From Gordius albopunctatus (Eukaryota), in NCBI GenBank assembly GCA_964276515.1, contig OZ193909.1, positions 2,604,001 to 2,668,000 on the forward strand: a stretch of DNA of 64,000 bases. Direction: 5' to 3'. This document shows, one piece after another, positions 62,873 to 64,000 of the stretch; within the stretch, counting starts at the first letter, position 1, and each line of letters starts with the position of its first letter. A model generated the notes under the pieces. That model had not been told where the DNA came from and ran no database searches. It saw only the letters and a list, made by a program, of their open reading frames with translations. The translations under genes and the position numbers were made by a program.

Positions 62873-63971
62873 ATGGGAATTCTCCAATATAGTTACTTCA
62901 TCAAGCGTTCCTTTCACAAAGTAATTAATAAAGCTATTACTATAAGTGAATTAGGTTGCCTTAAGCCACTTTGACACCAAATATATTGATTACGAAACTA
63001 TGACAAAAAAGCTTGAAATAGTTCGAAAAAAGTTAGTTTTATGTTATTAAGTCTCTAATTAATTACTTTATTTGTTACAATTTATGATTTGTTTACAATA
63101 GCAGTTGCAATTATTATACTATGATTTTATATCATTTAATGAATTGTGTTTATTTTAAATGAGGGTAAATGCTAAATGTAATAAAATTTATTTTTTTACA
63201 TTTCTAGGTTAAAAAGGCCATTGACATTATCAGAAAAGATCTTGTATTCTCACCTTGATGACCCAAAAAATCAAGTAAAATATCAACTATAAGACTTGGA
63301 AAATTTTGCATTACAATTAATTGTTTATAATAGGAAATTATTAGGGGAAAAAGTTATTTGCAACTTAGACCTGATAGAGTAGCCATGCAGGATGCCACAG
63401 CTCAGATGGCTATGATGCAATTTATATCAAGTGGTTTAAAAAGGGTTGCTGTACCATCTACAATTCATTGTGACCATTTGATAGAAGCACAACTTGGAGG
63501 CCCAAAAGATTTACAAAGGGCAAAAGTAATATTCATATTTTAAAGGCAATTGAATGTGGTTTATTTATTTGATGTCATAAGAGTAACCTACAAGTTGAAT
63601 TGTTTTACAAACTTTTGAAATTTTGTATTTGAACTGGAATATATTTAAACTATTTGTCTATGTACATGGGCATAGCCAAGATTAGATTTAGAAAGGGGTA
63701 AAATGATAATTTTTTGTAATTTTAACCATAATTTTTATAAATCTTAAAGATTTTCTGGATTTAGAGGAGGGAGCTGCCCTTCTCTGGCTATGCCCATGTC
63801 TACGTACATATAATTGTTTGTAATAATTTTAAATTTATTTTATAATTTTTTGGTTTTTAAATATGTTTACATTTGTAGACTCAAAATGAGGAAGTCTACC
63901 ATTTCCTGTCTTCCGCTGGGGCAAAGTATGGTGTTGGTTTTTGGAACCCTGGAAGTGGAATAATTCATCAA
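62873..63971 (+). CDS. ACO2: Mitochondrial aconitate hydratase (5' part; continues off right edge). Exons 62873-62920, 62955-63031, 63208-63274, 63334-63525, 63879-63971
   Basis: [75 protein letters not shown]; phase-consistent GT-AG introns. Confidence 0.96.
63665..63798. mobile_element. CATGGGCGTAGC-family MITE in an aconitase intron
   Basis: CATGGGCATAGCCA...TGGCTATGCCCATG; TSD TCTATGTA/TCTACGTA. Confidence 0.85.
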
Positions 63972-64000
63972 GTGACTAATATATAAATTGTGTGAATCTA

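Noticed and set aside
1..64000. tRNA or rRNA genes
   Set aside because: None recognised by eye; the only tRNA-related match is the retrotransposon PBS. tRNAscan-SE/Infernal would be needed to exclude them.

Overview
AT-rich eukaryotic (invertebrate animal-like) genomic DNA with four spliced protein-coding genes and many transposon remnants. The genes are: KHDC4/BLOM7-like KH protein (minus strand, runs off the left edge), an LIV-1/ZIP8-ZIP14-type metal transporter (plus, ~16.6-34.7 kb), casein kinase 1 gamma (minus, ~37-43 kb, convergent with the ZIP gene) and mitochondrial aconitase (plus, runs off the right edge). Repeats include hAT (incl. Buster) derivatives and several MITE families with 8-bp TSDs, nested P-like MITEs, a PIF/Harbinger derivative with a MADF gene, piggyBac MITEs, Helitron-like elements, two near-identical RTE LINEs, two CRE-like RLE retrotransposon fragments and a Gypsy remnant. 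The most notable observation is in the CK1-gamma last exon. Canonical splicing enters it in a frame that stops before the conserved Cys-Cys palmitoylation tail, which lies in the -1 frame, and an in-phase A_AAA_AAG heptamer sits at the apparent switch point. This could be a programmed frameshift, alternative splicing or a homopolymer assembly error. Also notable: 34-39 nt microintrons, a ~34-aa Gly/Ser insert in the kinase domain, and two contrasting gene architectures. Exon boundaries were inferred by eye from GT-AG sites, phase and recalled homology; none is transcript-verified.
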